Positions 9,431 through 20,405 are shown, counted from the first letter of the stretch. The stretch: 64,000 bases of DNA from an uncultured Arcobacter sp. (GCA_965140705.1 OZ223300.1:1344001-1408000); one strand, 5' to 3'. Numbers and translations are program-made. Notes: generated by a model not told the origin, from the letters alone.

Positions 9431-11263
9431 CTAGAATAATTCTACACTAGTTTTTTGTTCTTTTGAAAATCTTACAACTTTATCTCTACCACTACTTTTA
9501 GCTTCATATAGAGCAATATCAGCATTTTTAACAACAGTATCAAATAGATTTGAATCATCTGGATACATTGATAATCCTATACTTACTGTCTTTTTAATAG
9601 TTGTACCTGCATAAACATCTATCTCATTTTCTCTTACTTTTGCTCCAATTTTATGTGCTATATTCATGGCACTTTCTTCTGAATCAACACCAATTAGAAG
9701 TACCATAAACTCTTCACCACCATATCTAATTATGATATCAGATTCTCTTACATTTTCTTCTAAAGTTCTAGATAAACCTTTTAGTACTTTATCTCCAATA
9801 TCATGTCCATATTCATCATTAACTGCTTTAAAATGATCCATATCTAACATCAATAGACCAATTTTCTTTTTATCTCTTTTTATTTGAGGAAGAAGTTTTT
9901 TCAAATGTTCATCAATAAATTTTCTATTATATAGTTGTGTTAATCCATCTTTAAATGCAGAATCTTCTAAAGCTTGCATTAATAGTTTAACTTCAACAGC
10001 TGGTCGAGCCTCTTTTAAAAATCTATTTATAAATAGACTTTTATTTTTTAATTCTTCAAGTTCTTTTTCAGAATCAGTTACAAAATGCACTATAAGATAT
10101 AAGTTCTCAACAATATCAATATTTAAACAATAATAAAATTTGTCCTTTTTAGTAAAGTATGGACAACTCTCATGGAAATCAATGGAAACAACATCACTTT
10201 TTGTTCTAGCTGCTCTACAAAGATGAGGGTTGTCTTTTATTGCATCATGGCAATAAAGTGATTCTCCCACACTAACTACCTTTTGCATTTTTTGTTTTTT
10301 TATATCTATTTCAAAAAATGTAAAATTTTTTAGATGGAATTTATTTTCAAAAACTTGAGAAATTCTTTGATAAATCTCCTCTTTCGTACTATCTAGTTCC
10401 ACTTGTTTTTTAAATTGATATAAATTTGATAAGTTATCAATTATATCTTTTGATTCATTAAGTGGATTTGTATTTAAATTACTTCTATCTCTATATCCAA
10501 CAAAACCTTGAAGCTTTTTATCAATATCAAGGGAAGTATCTTTAAATATAGTGATTAGGTTATTATAATCATTCGTTACCTGTACTACATCAGTTGTTAA
10601 ACCATTTGGAATATCTATTCTTTTAAACTTTCCAACCTTAGCTTGATTGATATTATCTCTTAATTTCATGTATAGAGAAAGATAAGGATTAAATACTTTT
10701 TTTGAAAATAAGAATACAATAATTACTGCTAAAAGAATAATAGTTAATATTACATAGATTGATCTAACACCAATCTCTTTTAAAGTACTAACATCCAATA
10801 CTATACTAATAGCACCTAAGGTATCACCCTCAGAAACATTGTGACACTCTAAGCAACTAACTGTTGCTTTATAAGGAATTGTAACCCTTACATTAGTATT
10901 AATAAAACCCTCTTTAACAATATATTCTGTTTCCCCATTTTTTATAACTTCTTTATCTAAGTTATCTTTTGGATTTTTAAAACTTTTTGTTTCAAATTTT
11001 GGATTTTGAATCTTATCAGATCTAACAAGCCATAAGTCTTTTATATTTCTAATAGAAGAGACATTATTTAAAAACTCATCAATGTTTGAGTCTTTTTCAA
11101 CATGTAGCGCCAATCCACTTTTTATTACTTCAGATATTGATTCTGCTGTAGTAACTGAAGATTTGATAGATACAGTTCTTAAATTATAAAGTGAAATAGC
11201 CGTAATAAAAATAGCAACTAAAATAAGTAAAATTAAAAATTGAACAATAATATTTTTTTTCAT
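9431..11263 (-). CDS. Membrane diguanylate cyclase with periplasmic CxxCH sensor
   Basis: Two TM segments, SCLECH in periplasm, DMDHFKAVND, RESD I-site, YGGEEF. Confidence 0.9.
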   Translation of the reverse strand: MKKNIIVQFLILLILVAIFITAISLYNLRTVSIKSSVTTAESISEVIKSGLALHVEKDSNIDEFLNNVSSIRNIKDLWLVRSDKIQNPKFETKSFKNPKDNLDKEVIKNGETEYIVKEGFINTNVRVTIPYKATVSCLECHNVSEGDTLGAISIVLDVSTLKEIGVRSIYVILTIILLAVIIVFLFSKKVFNPYLSLYMKLRDNINQAKVGKFKRIDIPNGLTTDVVQVTNDYNNLITIFKDTSLDIDKKLQGFVGYRDRSNLNTNPLNESKDIIDNLSNLYQFKKQVELDSTKEEIYQRISQVFENKFHLKNFTFFEIDIKKQKMQKVVSVGESLYCHDAIKDNPHLCRAARTKSDVVSIDFHESCPYFTKKDKFYYCLNIDIVENLYLIVHFVTDSEKELEELKNKSLFINRFLKEARPAVEVKLLMQALEDSAFKDGLTQLYNRKFIDEHLKKLLPQIKRDKKKIGLLMLDMDHFKAVNDEYGHDIGDKVLKGLSRTLEENVRESDIIIRYGGEEFMVLLIGVDSEESAMNIAHKIGAKVRENEIDVYAGTTIKKTVSIGLSMYPDDSNLFDTVVKNADIALYEAKSSGRDKVVRFSKEQKTSVELF

Positions 11264-11307
11264 ATTTCCCTTTCAAAGAATGTATTTTAATACAATTATT
11301 ATTAAAT

Positions 11308-12612
11308 TTATTGGAATATGTCTGCTGGATCTATATATTTGTTATTTACAATCGCTTCAAAGGTTAAAGTCTCATCAACTCTTCCTACTACATAGCCTTT
11401 TTTTATCCACTTTCCAACTTTTAATGTTGGTGAAATTTGGTCCAAATGTGAATAAATAGTATATAAACCATTTCTATGTTGAATAATTACAAGATTTTCC
11501 AACATTCCAGAATTATTTTTGGAATATACAACTTTTCCATCAAGTACAGAAAAGACTTTTGCATCGGGTTCATTTGTTTTTAATAAAACTGATTCATTAA
11601 ATAATTTAATTTTATAAACTGGATCATAATATTTACCAAATTTCTTTAAAATAGTATATGATTTTAAAGGAGCAATTGTTTTTTTACCTCTATATTTACC
11701 TATTTTAACACCTTTTGTAGATGAACCTAAAATTCTTACGTCTAAGTCTATATCTTCTGCATTATCCCTTTGCACAGTTTTTTGTGTTTTTTGTACATTA
11801 TTTGCTTTATTTTTAGCTTCTTCTACTTGTCTTTCTTCTTCTCTTTTCTTTTTAAGAGCTAAAAGTTTGGCTCTTTTTTTAGCCTCTTCTTCTTTTTTTA
11901 ATTCTTTTTCTTTTAAGATATTAAGAGTTGAAAGTAAGTTTGTTAGAGAGTTTTGTTTTTTTATTATCTTTTTTAACTCAGCTTGGTAAAGTTTATGTTT
12001 TTTTTCAATTGAAGCCAATGAATCAGAGTGTTTATTTAATAAGTAATTTAATATTTTCTTTTTCTTTTCTCTTTTTTCAATATAGACATTTAATTTTCTA
12101 ATTTCTCTTTCATTATCACTCTTATTTTGAGTTATTTTCATATATTGATTATCTATTTTTAACATATTATCTTTTGCTTCTGAAGATAATATTTCATAAA
12201 TTTCATTTTGTGTTAATTCTTGAAGAGAGTCTTTATTTGCAAGTTTCATAGCAACAGCAGAAGAATAATCTTCTATAATAGTATTTATTAATTCTTCTTC
12301 ATAATCTTTTTTTTGATTTTGAAGTATTTTACCTTTGATACTTAGTTCATCCAAGTTTTTCCTAGAATCTTTTAACATCTCTTTATGTTCATTGATATCT
12401 TTTGTTACAAGGTCAATCTCTTTTTCTAACTTTTTTAATTCTTCATTTTGGTCTTCAATTTGAGTAGCTAAAGATTGAATTTTTTGCTCAGTTCTATTTT
12501 TAACATTTTTATTTTTAGACAAAATCGTTTTATTATTTTGAATTTTGTCATCAATAGAGCTAGCCTGAAGAGTAATAGTGATAAATAAAGTTATGAATAA
12601 TAGTCTATGCAT
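11308..12612 (-). CDS. envC: Murein hydrolase activator EnvC (coiled coil + degenerate M23)
   Basis: Signal peptide, long coiled coil, YTIYSHL; downstream of ftsEX; ATG at 12612. Confidence 0.85.
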   Translation of the reverse strand: MHRLLFITLFITITLQASSIDDKIQNNKTILSKNKNVKNRTEQKIQSLATQIEDQNEELKKLEKEIDLVTKDINEHKEMLKDSRKNLDELSIKGKILQNQKKDYEEELINTIIEDYSSAVAMKLANKDSLQELTQNEIYEILSSEAKDNMLKIDNQYMKITQNKSDNEREIRKLNVYIEKREKKKKILNYLLNKHSDSLASIEKKHKLYQAELKKIIKKQNSLTNLLSTLNILKEKELKKEEEAKKRAKLLALKKKREEERQVEEAKNKANNVQKTQKTVQRDNAEDIDLDVRILGSSTKGVKIGKYRGKKTIAPLKSYTILKKFGKYYDPVYKIKLFNESVLLKTNEPDAKVFSVLDGKVVYSKNNSGMLENLVIIQHRNGLYTIYSHLDQISPTLKVGKWIKKGYVVGRVDETLTFEAIVNNKYIDPADIFQ

Positions 12613-13423
12613 TTTTAATTTTATATCTAAAAAGTACTCCAAAAATTGTAACTATTGATATACCAAAAGATAATAAAAATAGTTTTAAAACCTCTATTTC
12701 AACAAAAATTTTTGTGTTTATAATATCATTTAATTCAACAGGCAAGAGCATATTTAAATTATATGAAACAAATATGAGTAAAGTTGCAGAGATTATAAAA
12801 GAAATAAATGCACCATAAATAGCATGTTTTATCACAGGGGAAGCACTATATAAAATAGAAGCACCATGAAGTTGAAAGATCATAATTCTTTGATTATGTG
12901 CAAAAAACCAAATAGTAACTTGTTTTGAAAGAATAATTACTACAAATATTAGTATTAAACCAAATAATACAATTATAATATTATTTATCATTAGAAGTAA
13001 AAGATAGATTTGATTATGATTTTTTGAAAAAATTTCTATTCTTTTTATATTTTTGTCATTTAAAAGCGAAGCCCTTATTTTTTTTAACTCAGTGGATGTT
13101 GGAAAAGAGTTTAAATGTATTTCATAAAAGTGTGGTAATCTTTTATTTAATAAATCAATAGAGCTATCTGATAAAGTACTTTTAACATTGTCTATAATAC
13201 TTTTATTTGATAAAGTAATTATTTTATCGACTTTTATTCCAGCTATTGTATCAAAGTTCTCTTTTATCAAAGGAGTATGGGTAATTATTACTATAGAATA
13301 GTCATTTGATATCTTTTTTTTATAAGTATTAACAACATTATTTGTTAAAAGATATATTGAAAATGTTATTAACATCACAGTTAAAGGAATGACAAAAGTA
13401 AGTGTATTTTTAAGAGACTTCAT
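12605..13423 (-). CDS. ftsX: Cell division permease FtsX
   Basis: Four TM segments, IMIFQLHGAS; between ftsE and envC. Confidence 0.85.
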   Translation of the reverse strand: MKSLKNTLTFVIPLTVMLITFSIYLLTNNVVNTYKKKISNDYSIVIITHTPLIKENFDTIAGIKVDKIITLSNKSIIDNVKSTLSDSSIDLLNKRLPHFYEIHLNSFPTSTELKKIRASLLNDKNIKRIEIFSKNHNQIYLLLLMINNIIIVLFGLILIFVVIILSKQVTIWFFAHNQRIMIFQLHGASILYSASPVIKHAIYGAFISFIISATLLIFVSYNLNMLLPVELNDIINTKIFVEIEVLKLFLLSFGISIVTIFGVLFRYKIKNA

Positions 13424-14072
13424 ATATTATTCCATCTTCAATTGATAATTGTCTAAATCTTATTCCAAAGTTTTTAGGTACTCTGTGTGTTACTACAACT
13501 ACAGTGATTCCTAGTTGTTCATTTGCACCTTTTAATAAATTCCAAACCACATCAGCTGAATAATCATCAAGATTTCCAGTTGGCTCATCTGCTATTATTA
13601 TTTTTGGATTGTGTGCTAGTGCTCGTGCTACAGCAACCCTTTGTTGCTCTCCACCACTAAGCTCATTTGGATAATAACCTTTTCTATGAGAAAGTTTTAC
13701 ATGATTTAGAAGTTTATTTGCTTGCTCTGCTGAAATTTCATGGGAATAACCATTTATTTTAAGAGGTAACATTATATTTTCTTCTATGGTCCACTCTTGT
13801 ATTAATTTATAATCTTGAAATATAACACCAACATCTTTTCTAAGGTCCCTTAGATTTCTATTTCCTATGTGCGCTAATTCAAAATTATCAATTATAAAAC
13901 TTCCATGTTTTAGTGGTATATCTCCATACATCGCTTTTATTAGAGTTGACTTTCCACTTCCACTAGCCCCTCCAATAAAAATGAACTCTTTATGTCTTAT
14001 ATGGAAAGTTCCTTTTTTTATGACAAATTTATTTTCATCATAAGCTAAATATATGTTTTTAGCAGTAATCAT
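13410..14072 (-). CDS. ftsE: Cell division ATP-binding protein FtsE
   Basis: [37 protein letters not shown]. Confidence 0.92.
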   Translation of the reverse strand: MITAKNIYLAYDENKFVIKKGTFHIRHKEFIFIGGASGSGKSTLIKAMYGDIPLKHGSFIIDNFELAHIGNRNLRDLRKDVGVIFQDYKLIQEWTIEENIMLPLKINGYSHEISAEQANKLLNHVKLSHRKGYYPNELSGGEQQRVAVARALAHNPKIIIADEPTGNLDDYSADVVWNLLKGANEQLGITVVVVTHRVPKNFGIRFRQLSIEDGIIYEVS

Positions 14073-15261
14073 TAGTTAATATCTCTTTCATTTTATTATG
14101 AGCTTTTATATTACTACTTGTAGGAATAGGTTCACCTTGGTAGTAAGATATAATTCCATCCTTTATTATTAAGTATTTAGATAGGGGTCTATTAAAAGAA
14201 CCAAAGGTTACTTGAATAAGTCCAGAATTTTGTTCATTTTCAATAAGATAAAAATCTTCAATATGGTAAAAGAAATCATCAAAAATCATAGACTTTTGTG
14301 GTACAGTTTCAAATATTTCTATTAGATTATCTACTCTTCCAAAAGAGAAATCTTTATTTGGTTCAATATCTTCATCAATACTATAAGAATATAGGGTTAC
14401 ATCATATATATTTTTGTTTTGTTTTTTCCATCTATCTTCATATTTACTAGATATTGGTAAGTCCTTATTTATATCAATTTCAATTTTCCCACTATTTAGG
14501 TTTGTTAATAAATCAACACAAAAATCAAAATATTTTCTACTATCAGTTCTAAGTTCTAGTGTTCCTGTAAATTTTAGTACTCTTTTAGCTTCATGTATAA
14601 AGTCATTACTATAAACTCTTCTATGTGGTTTTTTATCCCAAGGTACTGGGAAATGCACAAAAATTCTTCCTACTGAATTTGATTTTATAAATTCCATAAA
14701 AAGTCTAGCATCATAATTTATAACTAAGATATTTTTGATATTTAGGATTTTTATTTGTTTTAGTACTTGTTCAATAGAGGGAGTATGTATTTCAATACCA
14801 ATAAATTGAATATCTGGATTATTTTGTGCTTGATATAATAAATGTCTTCCTGAACCAAATCCCACTTCAATTTGTATCTCTTTTTCAGTTTCAAATTCAT
14901 TTACAAAGTATTCTATATCTTTTAAGTACTCTTTTTCTGGTTCTATTTTTTGAGATAAATTATTTGTATTTGAAAAAATTATGCTAGCATTTGTATGAGT
15001 TGCATAAGTATTTAAAGCATCTTTTACAAGTGTAACAGGAGTAACTCTTGTTACTTTATCTGCTTTTACTATTTTATTTTCTTTATTGTCTTTTACTGTT
15101 AGTAAAAAATCTTTTTTTTGGTTTGAAACACCTATTTTATACTCGATTTTTTTAGGTTTTTCACTTAGATGATAAGATTTTGCTATAAACTTAAAATCAA
15201 CACCATCTTTATTTGATGGTGTTATTAATTCACCATTATTATTAAATACTATGTGCGGCAT
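14059..15261 (-). CDS. trmB: tRNA (guanine-N7)-methyltransferase, long Campylobacterota form
   Basis: IEVGFGSG, HFPVPWDKKPHRR, LELRTD. Confidence 0.9.
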   Translation of the reverse strand: MPHIVFNNNGELITPSNKDGVDFKFIAKSYHLSEKPKKIEYKIGVSNQKKDFLLTVKDNKENKIVKADKVTRVTPVTLVKDALNTYATHTNASIIFSNTNNLSQKIEPEKEYLKDIEYFVNEFETEKEIQIEVGFGSGRHLLYQAQNNPDIQFIGIEIHTPSIEQVLKQIKILNIKNILVINYDARLFMEFIKSNSVGRIFVHFPVPWDKKPHRRVYSNDFIHEAKRVLKFTGTLELRTDSRKYFDFCVDLLTNLNSGKIEIDINKDLPISSKYEDRWKKQNKNIYDVTLYSYSIDEDIEPNKDFSFGRVDNLIEIFETVPQKSMIFDDFFYHIEDFYLIENEQNSGLIQVTFGSFNRPLSKYLIIKDGIISYYQGEPIPTSSNIKAHNKMKEILTNDYC

Positions 15262-15262
15262 A

Positions 15263-16537
15263 TTATTTATCTAATAGTTTAGGTAATACTAATAATGTTT
15301 CGTTTGTTCTATCTGAAACAATACCATTTTCATCAACTGCTTCAATAGAATAGTTATATTCAACACCTCTTACGATGTCTTTGTCTTCAAATCTTAAATC
15401 TGTAATATTTGTATATTTTTGTTTTCTTACTTTAAAAAATCCATCTTTGATAGTCTTATATACATTATAAGACACAGCTCTATTATCCCCTGGTTGCCAA
15501 TTTAATATAGCTTTTTCACCTTGAATTTGAGCAAGTGTTAAAATAGGTTTATTAAGTTTTGTAAGAGTGATTCCCATCACTGGATTTACTTCTTTACTAC
15601 TTTCTAAACCATCTTTATCAACTGTAGTAATTTTATAAAAATATCTTTTCCCATCTTTATTTATAAAATCTTCATAAGAAGTTGTATCTGTATTTAATTC
15701 TTTTAATTCACTAAAAGAACCATCAGGAGAAGTATTTCTATAGATTTTATATTTTACAACATCAACAGAAGATGAAGGTTGCCAATTTAATGTTATCTTT
15801 TTTGGTTGATTATTTGTAGCCGTTAAGTTTTGAACACCTGCTGGTAAAGCTTTTGTTTGAGCTTTTACTATTTGACTATCTTCTGATGGTATATCATCAA
15901 ATGTATAGGCTACAACTTTATATAAATAAACAACATTATCTTTTAAATCTGTATCAATATATTCAGCTTGTAATCTACCATCTAGTGTCGCTAATTTTTC
16001 CCAATCAGAATCTTGTGGTGTTGATCTAAATACTTTATAATATTCAATAGCCTCATTTTCATGTGGTCTCCAGATTATTTTTATTTGTCTTGGAAGATTA
16101 GAAATTGCTTGAATAAATGCAATTGGTTCAGGTCTTGGTAAAGTCATAACTTGAAACATTTTTGTAGGTTTTGATTCTACGTCATTAGCTGTACCACTTG
16201 AAAATGTATATGCATATTTCGTATTTGGTTTTAAATCAGTATCTAAGTAGTGTGAAGAGTATCTATTGTCAATAAATTTAACTAATTTTAGTTTTGTACT
16301 CTCTTCATTTAAATTTGCTCTATAAAGGTTATATCCAGTAACTCTTGAATCGTCAACTTTTTGCCATTCAAATGCAATTGATGTGATACCTGCAATAGTT
16401 CTAATAGAGTTTGAGTCAATTACTTCTAATGTCTCATCGATTTTAGGTTTACTTCCTTCTCCTAAATTCTTAGTGCTACAACCACTAATCAATAAAATTA
16501 AAAGAAGAGCTGATGAAATTTTTATCCATTTTGTCAT
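15263..16537 (-). CDS. Fibronectin type III repeat lipoprotein (FlpA-like)
   Basis: Lipobox LISGC; four FN3-like repeats; position between rluD and trmB as for Campylobacter flpA. Confidence 0.8.
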   Translation of the reverse strand: MTKWIKISSALLLILLISGCSTKNLGEGSKPKIDETLEVIDSNSIRTIAGITSIAFEWQKVDDSRVTGYNLYRANLNEESTKLKLVKFIDNRYSSHYLDTDLKPNTKYAYTFSSGTANDVESKPTKMFQVMTLPRPEPIAFIQAISNLPRQIKIIWRPHENEAIEYYKVFRSTPQDSDWEKLATLDGRLQAEYIDTDLKDNVVYLYKVVAYTFDDIPSEDSQIVKAQTKALPAGVQNLTATNNQPKKITLNWQPSSSVDVVKYKIYRNTSPDGSFSELKELNTDTTSYEDFINKDGKRYFYKITTVDKDGLESSKEVNPVMGITLTKLNKPILTLAQIQGEKAILNWQPGDNRAVSYNVYKTIKDGFFKVRKQKYTNITDLRFEDKDIVRGVEYNYSIEAVDENGIVSDRTNETLLVLPKLLDK

Positions 16538-17447
16538 TTATAGTCTCCATATTAAAGTTTTCATTTAAAAATTCATTTATATCATTTGTTATGTTTGCTT
16601 TAAAATCCATTTTTTCATTTGTGATAGGATGGATTAAATATAAGTTAAAAGCATGTAGATAAAATCGATTTATTTTATTTAATTCGCCCTTAAAGCCATA
16701 TAAATTATCACCTAATATGTGTCGATTGATACTATTTAAATGTACTCTTATTTGATGCGTTCTTCCTGTAAAAAGTTTACAACAAATTAGTTCATATTTT
16801 TCATCTTTACTAATATCCAATTTTGCAAATGCAGTTTTGGCATTTTTCCCATTTTCGACAATTCCCATTTTTAGTCTATTATTTGGGTTTCTAGCTATTG
16901 GTCTATTAATTACTATATTATCTTTTAGAGGTAAGTCAATTATTGCTAAATAGTATCTTCCCATAGTTTTGTCTTCAAGTTGTTTTGATAGATTAACATG
17001 TGCTTCATTTGTTTTTGCAACAACCATAACCCCACTTGTACCCTTATCTAATCTATGTACAATACCATGTCTTTCTTCACCACTAATAGTAGAAAGTGAT
17101 ATGTTTTTAGTCTTTAGCCAATCTACTAGTGTAGGCTCCTTTACACTTGCAGCTGGATGCACTACTAAATTATATGGTTTATTTATAACTAAAATATGTT
17201 CATCTTCATATATTACTTCAACATCAAAATCAACATCAAAACTAATACTCTCTTCAACTTCTGGAAGTTCCACTAAAATCTCTTGATTTTCTTTTAATTT
17301 ATAACCTGTTTTTGTGATTATTTTACTATCTACTTTTACGTACTCTTTTTTTATAAGTTGTTCTATTTGATTCCTTGACTCACCAAGCTTTTCAGACAAA
17401 AATTTATCTAGTCTTGATTCTTCAAAAACAATAAAGTTTTTATGCAT
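16485..17447 (-). CDS. rluD: RluA/RluD-family 23S rRNA pseudouridine synthase
   Basis: N-terminal S4 domain (RLDKFL), GIVHRLDKGTSG, TGRTHQIRVH; ATG at 17447. Confidence 0.85.
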   Translation of the reverse strand: MHKNFIVFEESRLDKFLSEKLGESRNQIEQLIKKEYVKVDSKIITKTGYKLKENQEILVELPEVEESISFDVDFDVEVIYEDEHILVINKPYNLVVHPAASVKEPTLVDWLKTKNISLSTISGEERHGIVHRLDKGTSGVMVVAKTNEAHVNLSKQLEDKTMGRYYLAIIDLPLKDNIVINRPIARNPNNRLKMGIVENGKNAKTAFAKLDISKDEKYELICCKLFTGRTHQIRVHLNSINRHILGDNLYGFKGELNKINRFYLHAFNLYLIHPITNEKMDFKANITNDINEFLNENFNMETINDKMDKNFISSSFNFID

Positions 17448-17466
17448 ATTTTGATACTCTTTCATT

Positions 17467-18573
17467 ATGAGATTTATTGACAAAAGAATTATTTCGCAAT
17501 TTGATTATCCCTTGATAGCTTTTATTATACCATTAATAGTATTATCTTACCAATTAGTTAGTGAAATAAATGAAAACTTAGCCCAAAGACAGCTTGGATA
17601 TTATGCACTTTCTGTATTTTTATTTTTGGGTGTATTTATTTTACCTTTAAGAAGAAACTTAAGGATTATTCCATTTCTTTATTGGCTTGGAGTTGCTTTA
17701 CTAATAGGTGTAAATTTGTTTGGTATTTCAAAACTTGGTGCTCAAAGATGGATTGAATTACCTTTTATTAATATGACAATTCAACCATCAGAATTAATAA
17801 AGCCTATATTTTTATTGATGATTGGATACTTAGTTAAAAATAGACCACCCCCAATAGGTGGATATGATTTAAAAGACTTTTTATATTTTTCAATATATAT
17901 TTTAATACCCTTTGTATCAATAGCAAAAGAGCCAGATTTGGGTACTGCTTTAATACTTTTATTAGTAGGATATGGAGTATTATTTATCATTGGAGTTAAT
18001 TGGAGGATATGGGCAACTATAATAGTTGTTTTAGGTATTGCATCTCCTTTTATTTATAATAATTTGATAAAAGATTATCAAAAGCAAAGAATTAAAGATT
18101 TCATATCAGAAGAGCCAAGTTATCACGTTCAACAATCAATTATAGCAATTGGTTCAGGTGGACTTACTGGTAAATCATCCGAAGATGCCACACAAGCACA
18201 ATTGAAATTTTTACCAATTGCAACAAGTGATTTTATTTTTGCATATTTAGTTGAAAGACATGGATATATTGGTGCAATTTTACTTATAATTATTTATATT
18301 TTACTTGTATTACATCTCTTATCCATGAATTACTATTTTTCAGATGATTTTGTAATCCGTTGTTTTGCCTCCGGAATAGCCTTATTATTGTTTTTAGATA
18401 TGAGTGTGAATATATTTATGGTTATTGGTTTTGCACCTGTTGTAGGGCTACCCTTGCCTTTAGTTTCTTATGGTGGTAGTTCTTTTATTAATTTTATTGT
18501 AATATTCGCAATTTTAGAAAACCTATTAGCCTTTAGGTTTATGGATTTATATGATTTTGAAAGGAAACTTTGA
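17467..18573 (+). CDS. rodA: Rod shape-determining SEDS protein RodA
   Basis: GAQRWI, QPSE, EPDLGTA, TSDFIF, PLVSYGGSS. Confidence 0.9.
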   Translation: MRFIDKRIISQFDYPLIAFIIPLIVLSYQLVSEINENLAQRQLGYYALSVFLFLGVFILPLRRNLRIIPFLYWLGVALLIGVNLFGISKLGAQRWIELPFINMTIQPSELIKPIFLLMIGYLVKNRPPPIGGYDLKDFLYFSIYILIPFVSIAKEPDLGTALILLLVGYGVLFIIGVNWRIWATIIVVLGIASPFIYNNLIKDYQKQRIKDFISEEPSYHVQQSIIAIGSGGLTGKSSEDATQAQLKFLPIATSDFIFAYLVERHGYIGAILLIIIYILLVLHLLSMNYYFSDDFVIRCFASGIALLLFLDMSVNIFMVIGFAPVVGLPLPLVSYGGSSFINFIVIFAILENLLAFRFMDLYDFERKL

Positions 18574-19424
18574 TGGAAGCACAAAACAGTAGTTTTATTG
18601 GCTTTGAAAATGATTACGAAGAATCAAAAGCAGTTTTATTTGGAGCACCATTTGATGGAACTACGTCGTTTAAACCAGGAGCTAGATTTGCACCTCCTGC
18701 GATGAGACAAGATTCTTGGGCAATAGAGAGTTATAGTCCATATTTTGATAGTGATTTAGAAGATTTAAAATTGTTTGATTATGGAGATTTAGAACTACCC
18801 TTTGGAGATAAAAAAAATGCACTAAGAATGATTCAAGAACATGTTCAAGAAATCATTGATGCAAATAAAATTCCAATTATGATAGGTGGAGAACATTTAG
18901 TTTCCCTAGCCCCTGTAAAAGCCTTAAGTAAGAAGTATGAGGATTTACATATTATACATTTTGATGCACATACAGATTTAAGAGAAGATTATTTAGGTGA
19001 AGCTTTAAGTCATGCAACAGTTATTAGAAGAATTTATGATCAACTAGGTGATGGAAAAGTAAATCAATTCTGTATTCGTTCTGGATTAAAAGAGGAGTTC
19101 GAATGGGCAAAAAAACATACCCATTTAGAAAAATTCACTTACAATACTTTACCTTCTTGTGTAAAAAGACTAAAAGACAAACCTGTTTATATAACTATTG
19201 ATTTAGATGTTTTAGACCCTGCTGTTATGCCAGGAACTGGTACTCCAGAACCAGGTGGAATAGATTTTCTTGATATGATGAATATCATAAAAGAATTAAG
19301 CAATCTTAATAATGTAGTTGGGATGGATGTTGTAGAACTAAGTCCCAAATATGATGCAAGTGGAATATCTACAGCGGTTGCATGTAAAACACTTCGAGAA
19401 TTAGTTTTAGCTACAGTTAAATAA
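18573..19424 (+). CDS. speB: Agmatinase
   Basis: GGEH, DAHTD, TIDLDVLDP, GTGTPEPGG ureohydrolase motifs. Confidence 0.88.
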   Translation: MEAQNSSFIGFENDYEESKAVLFGAPFDGTTSFKPGARFAPPAMRQDSWAIESYSPYFDSDLEDLKLFDYGDLELPFGDKKNALRMIQEHVQEIIDANKIPIMIGGEHLVSLAPVKALSKKYEDLHIIHFDAHTDLREDYLGEALSHATVIRRIYDQLGDGKVNQFCIRSGLKEEFEWAKKHTHLEKFTYNTLPSCVKRLKDKPVYITIDLDVLDPAVMPGTGTPEPGGIDFLDMMNIIKELSNLNNVVGMDVVELSPKYDASGISTAVACKTLRELVLATVK

Positions 19425-19437
19425 CTGTGGCTAAATT

Positions 19438-20358
19438 TTAATTTTCTTCCATTATTTTTTTTACTTCATGAAGTAATTCAATTGAGGCTTCAATCTCTTC
19501 TTTTCTGATTGCTACACTTTCAACATTACAACCAATTGGAATACCTCTATCTTTTCCAAATGTATAAAGTTCTCTAAAAATATCAACACAAAGTTTCATA
19601 GAGTCATGTAAGATATTTCCAGAAGATTTTAAATCCTCTTCTAAATAGTTGGGAATACTAATACCAAGCCACTTCATAAAATCAAGTGTTTTTGCACTTC
19701 CACAAGGTGTTAGTGTAAATATGATTGGTACAACTTCTTTTTTATTCTCTTTTGCATATTTTGCATAGTCAGTTAAAAATATTTTTGATGCTTCAAGGTT
19801 ATATACACATTGTGTTATGAAATATTCACAAGAGTTATCTATTTTAGAAAATACTCTTAAATGCTCATCATGTTTTACCATGTGTCGTTCTGGAATTGCT
19901 ATTCCACCCATACAAAGATTATCATTAACTTCTTTTTTTAATCTATATGCTTCTTTTAGAGTCATTGGTTTTTTTTGTTCCCTTGAAGCAGCTCCCACAA
20001 ATACTGAGTGAACTTGATTCTCTTTTGTAAGTTCTAACCAAACAGGGAAACTCTTTTCATCATAATTTCCCACAGCTCTATAAACAACCCTTGGGATAAC
20101 TAAATCATTTAAATAAGTTCTTGAATACTCACAAGGGTCTAGTGTCTTAATAAAAGGAAATGGTCTTTTTTCATCTGTTCTATCTGACTCGTCTTGGATG
20201 TCATAAAGTACTAAGCCATCAATTGGAAGTTTTGAAATTCTTTCAATATGTTTTTGCGCTATTACTTTTATCTCTTCTTCTGTATGTTTTATTTTTGGTG
20301 GAGTAATACCATATAATAGTATTCCACTCTCTTTATTTCGTATTTTATCAGTTAACAT
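19438..20358 (-). CDS. Methylenetetrahydrofolate reductase-like flavoprotein
   Basis: YGITPP, YDIQDE, GGIAIPERH, YFITQCVY, KWLGI: divergent MetF family. Confidence 0.65.
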   Translation of the reverse strand: MLTDKIRNKESGILLYGITPPKIKHTEEEIKVIAQKHIERISKLPIDGLVLYDIQDESDRTDEKRPFPFIKTLDPCEYSRTYLNDLVIPRVVYRAVGNYDEKSFPVWLELTKENQVHSVFVGAASREQKKPMTLKEAYRLKKEVNDNLCMGGIAIPERHMVKHDEHLRVFSKIDNSCEYFITQCVYNLEASKIFLTDYAKYAKENKKEVVPIIFTLTPCGSAKTLDFMKWLGISIPNYLEEDLKSSGNILHDSMKLCVDIFRELYTFGKDRGIPIGCNVESVAIRKEEIEASIELLHEVKKIMEEN

Positions 20359-20405
20359 AATTCTCTTTTAAATAAATAATTTCCGCATATTCTACAATTT
20401 TTTTA

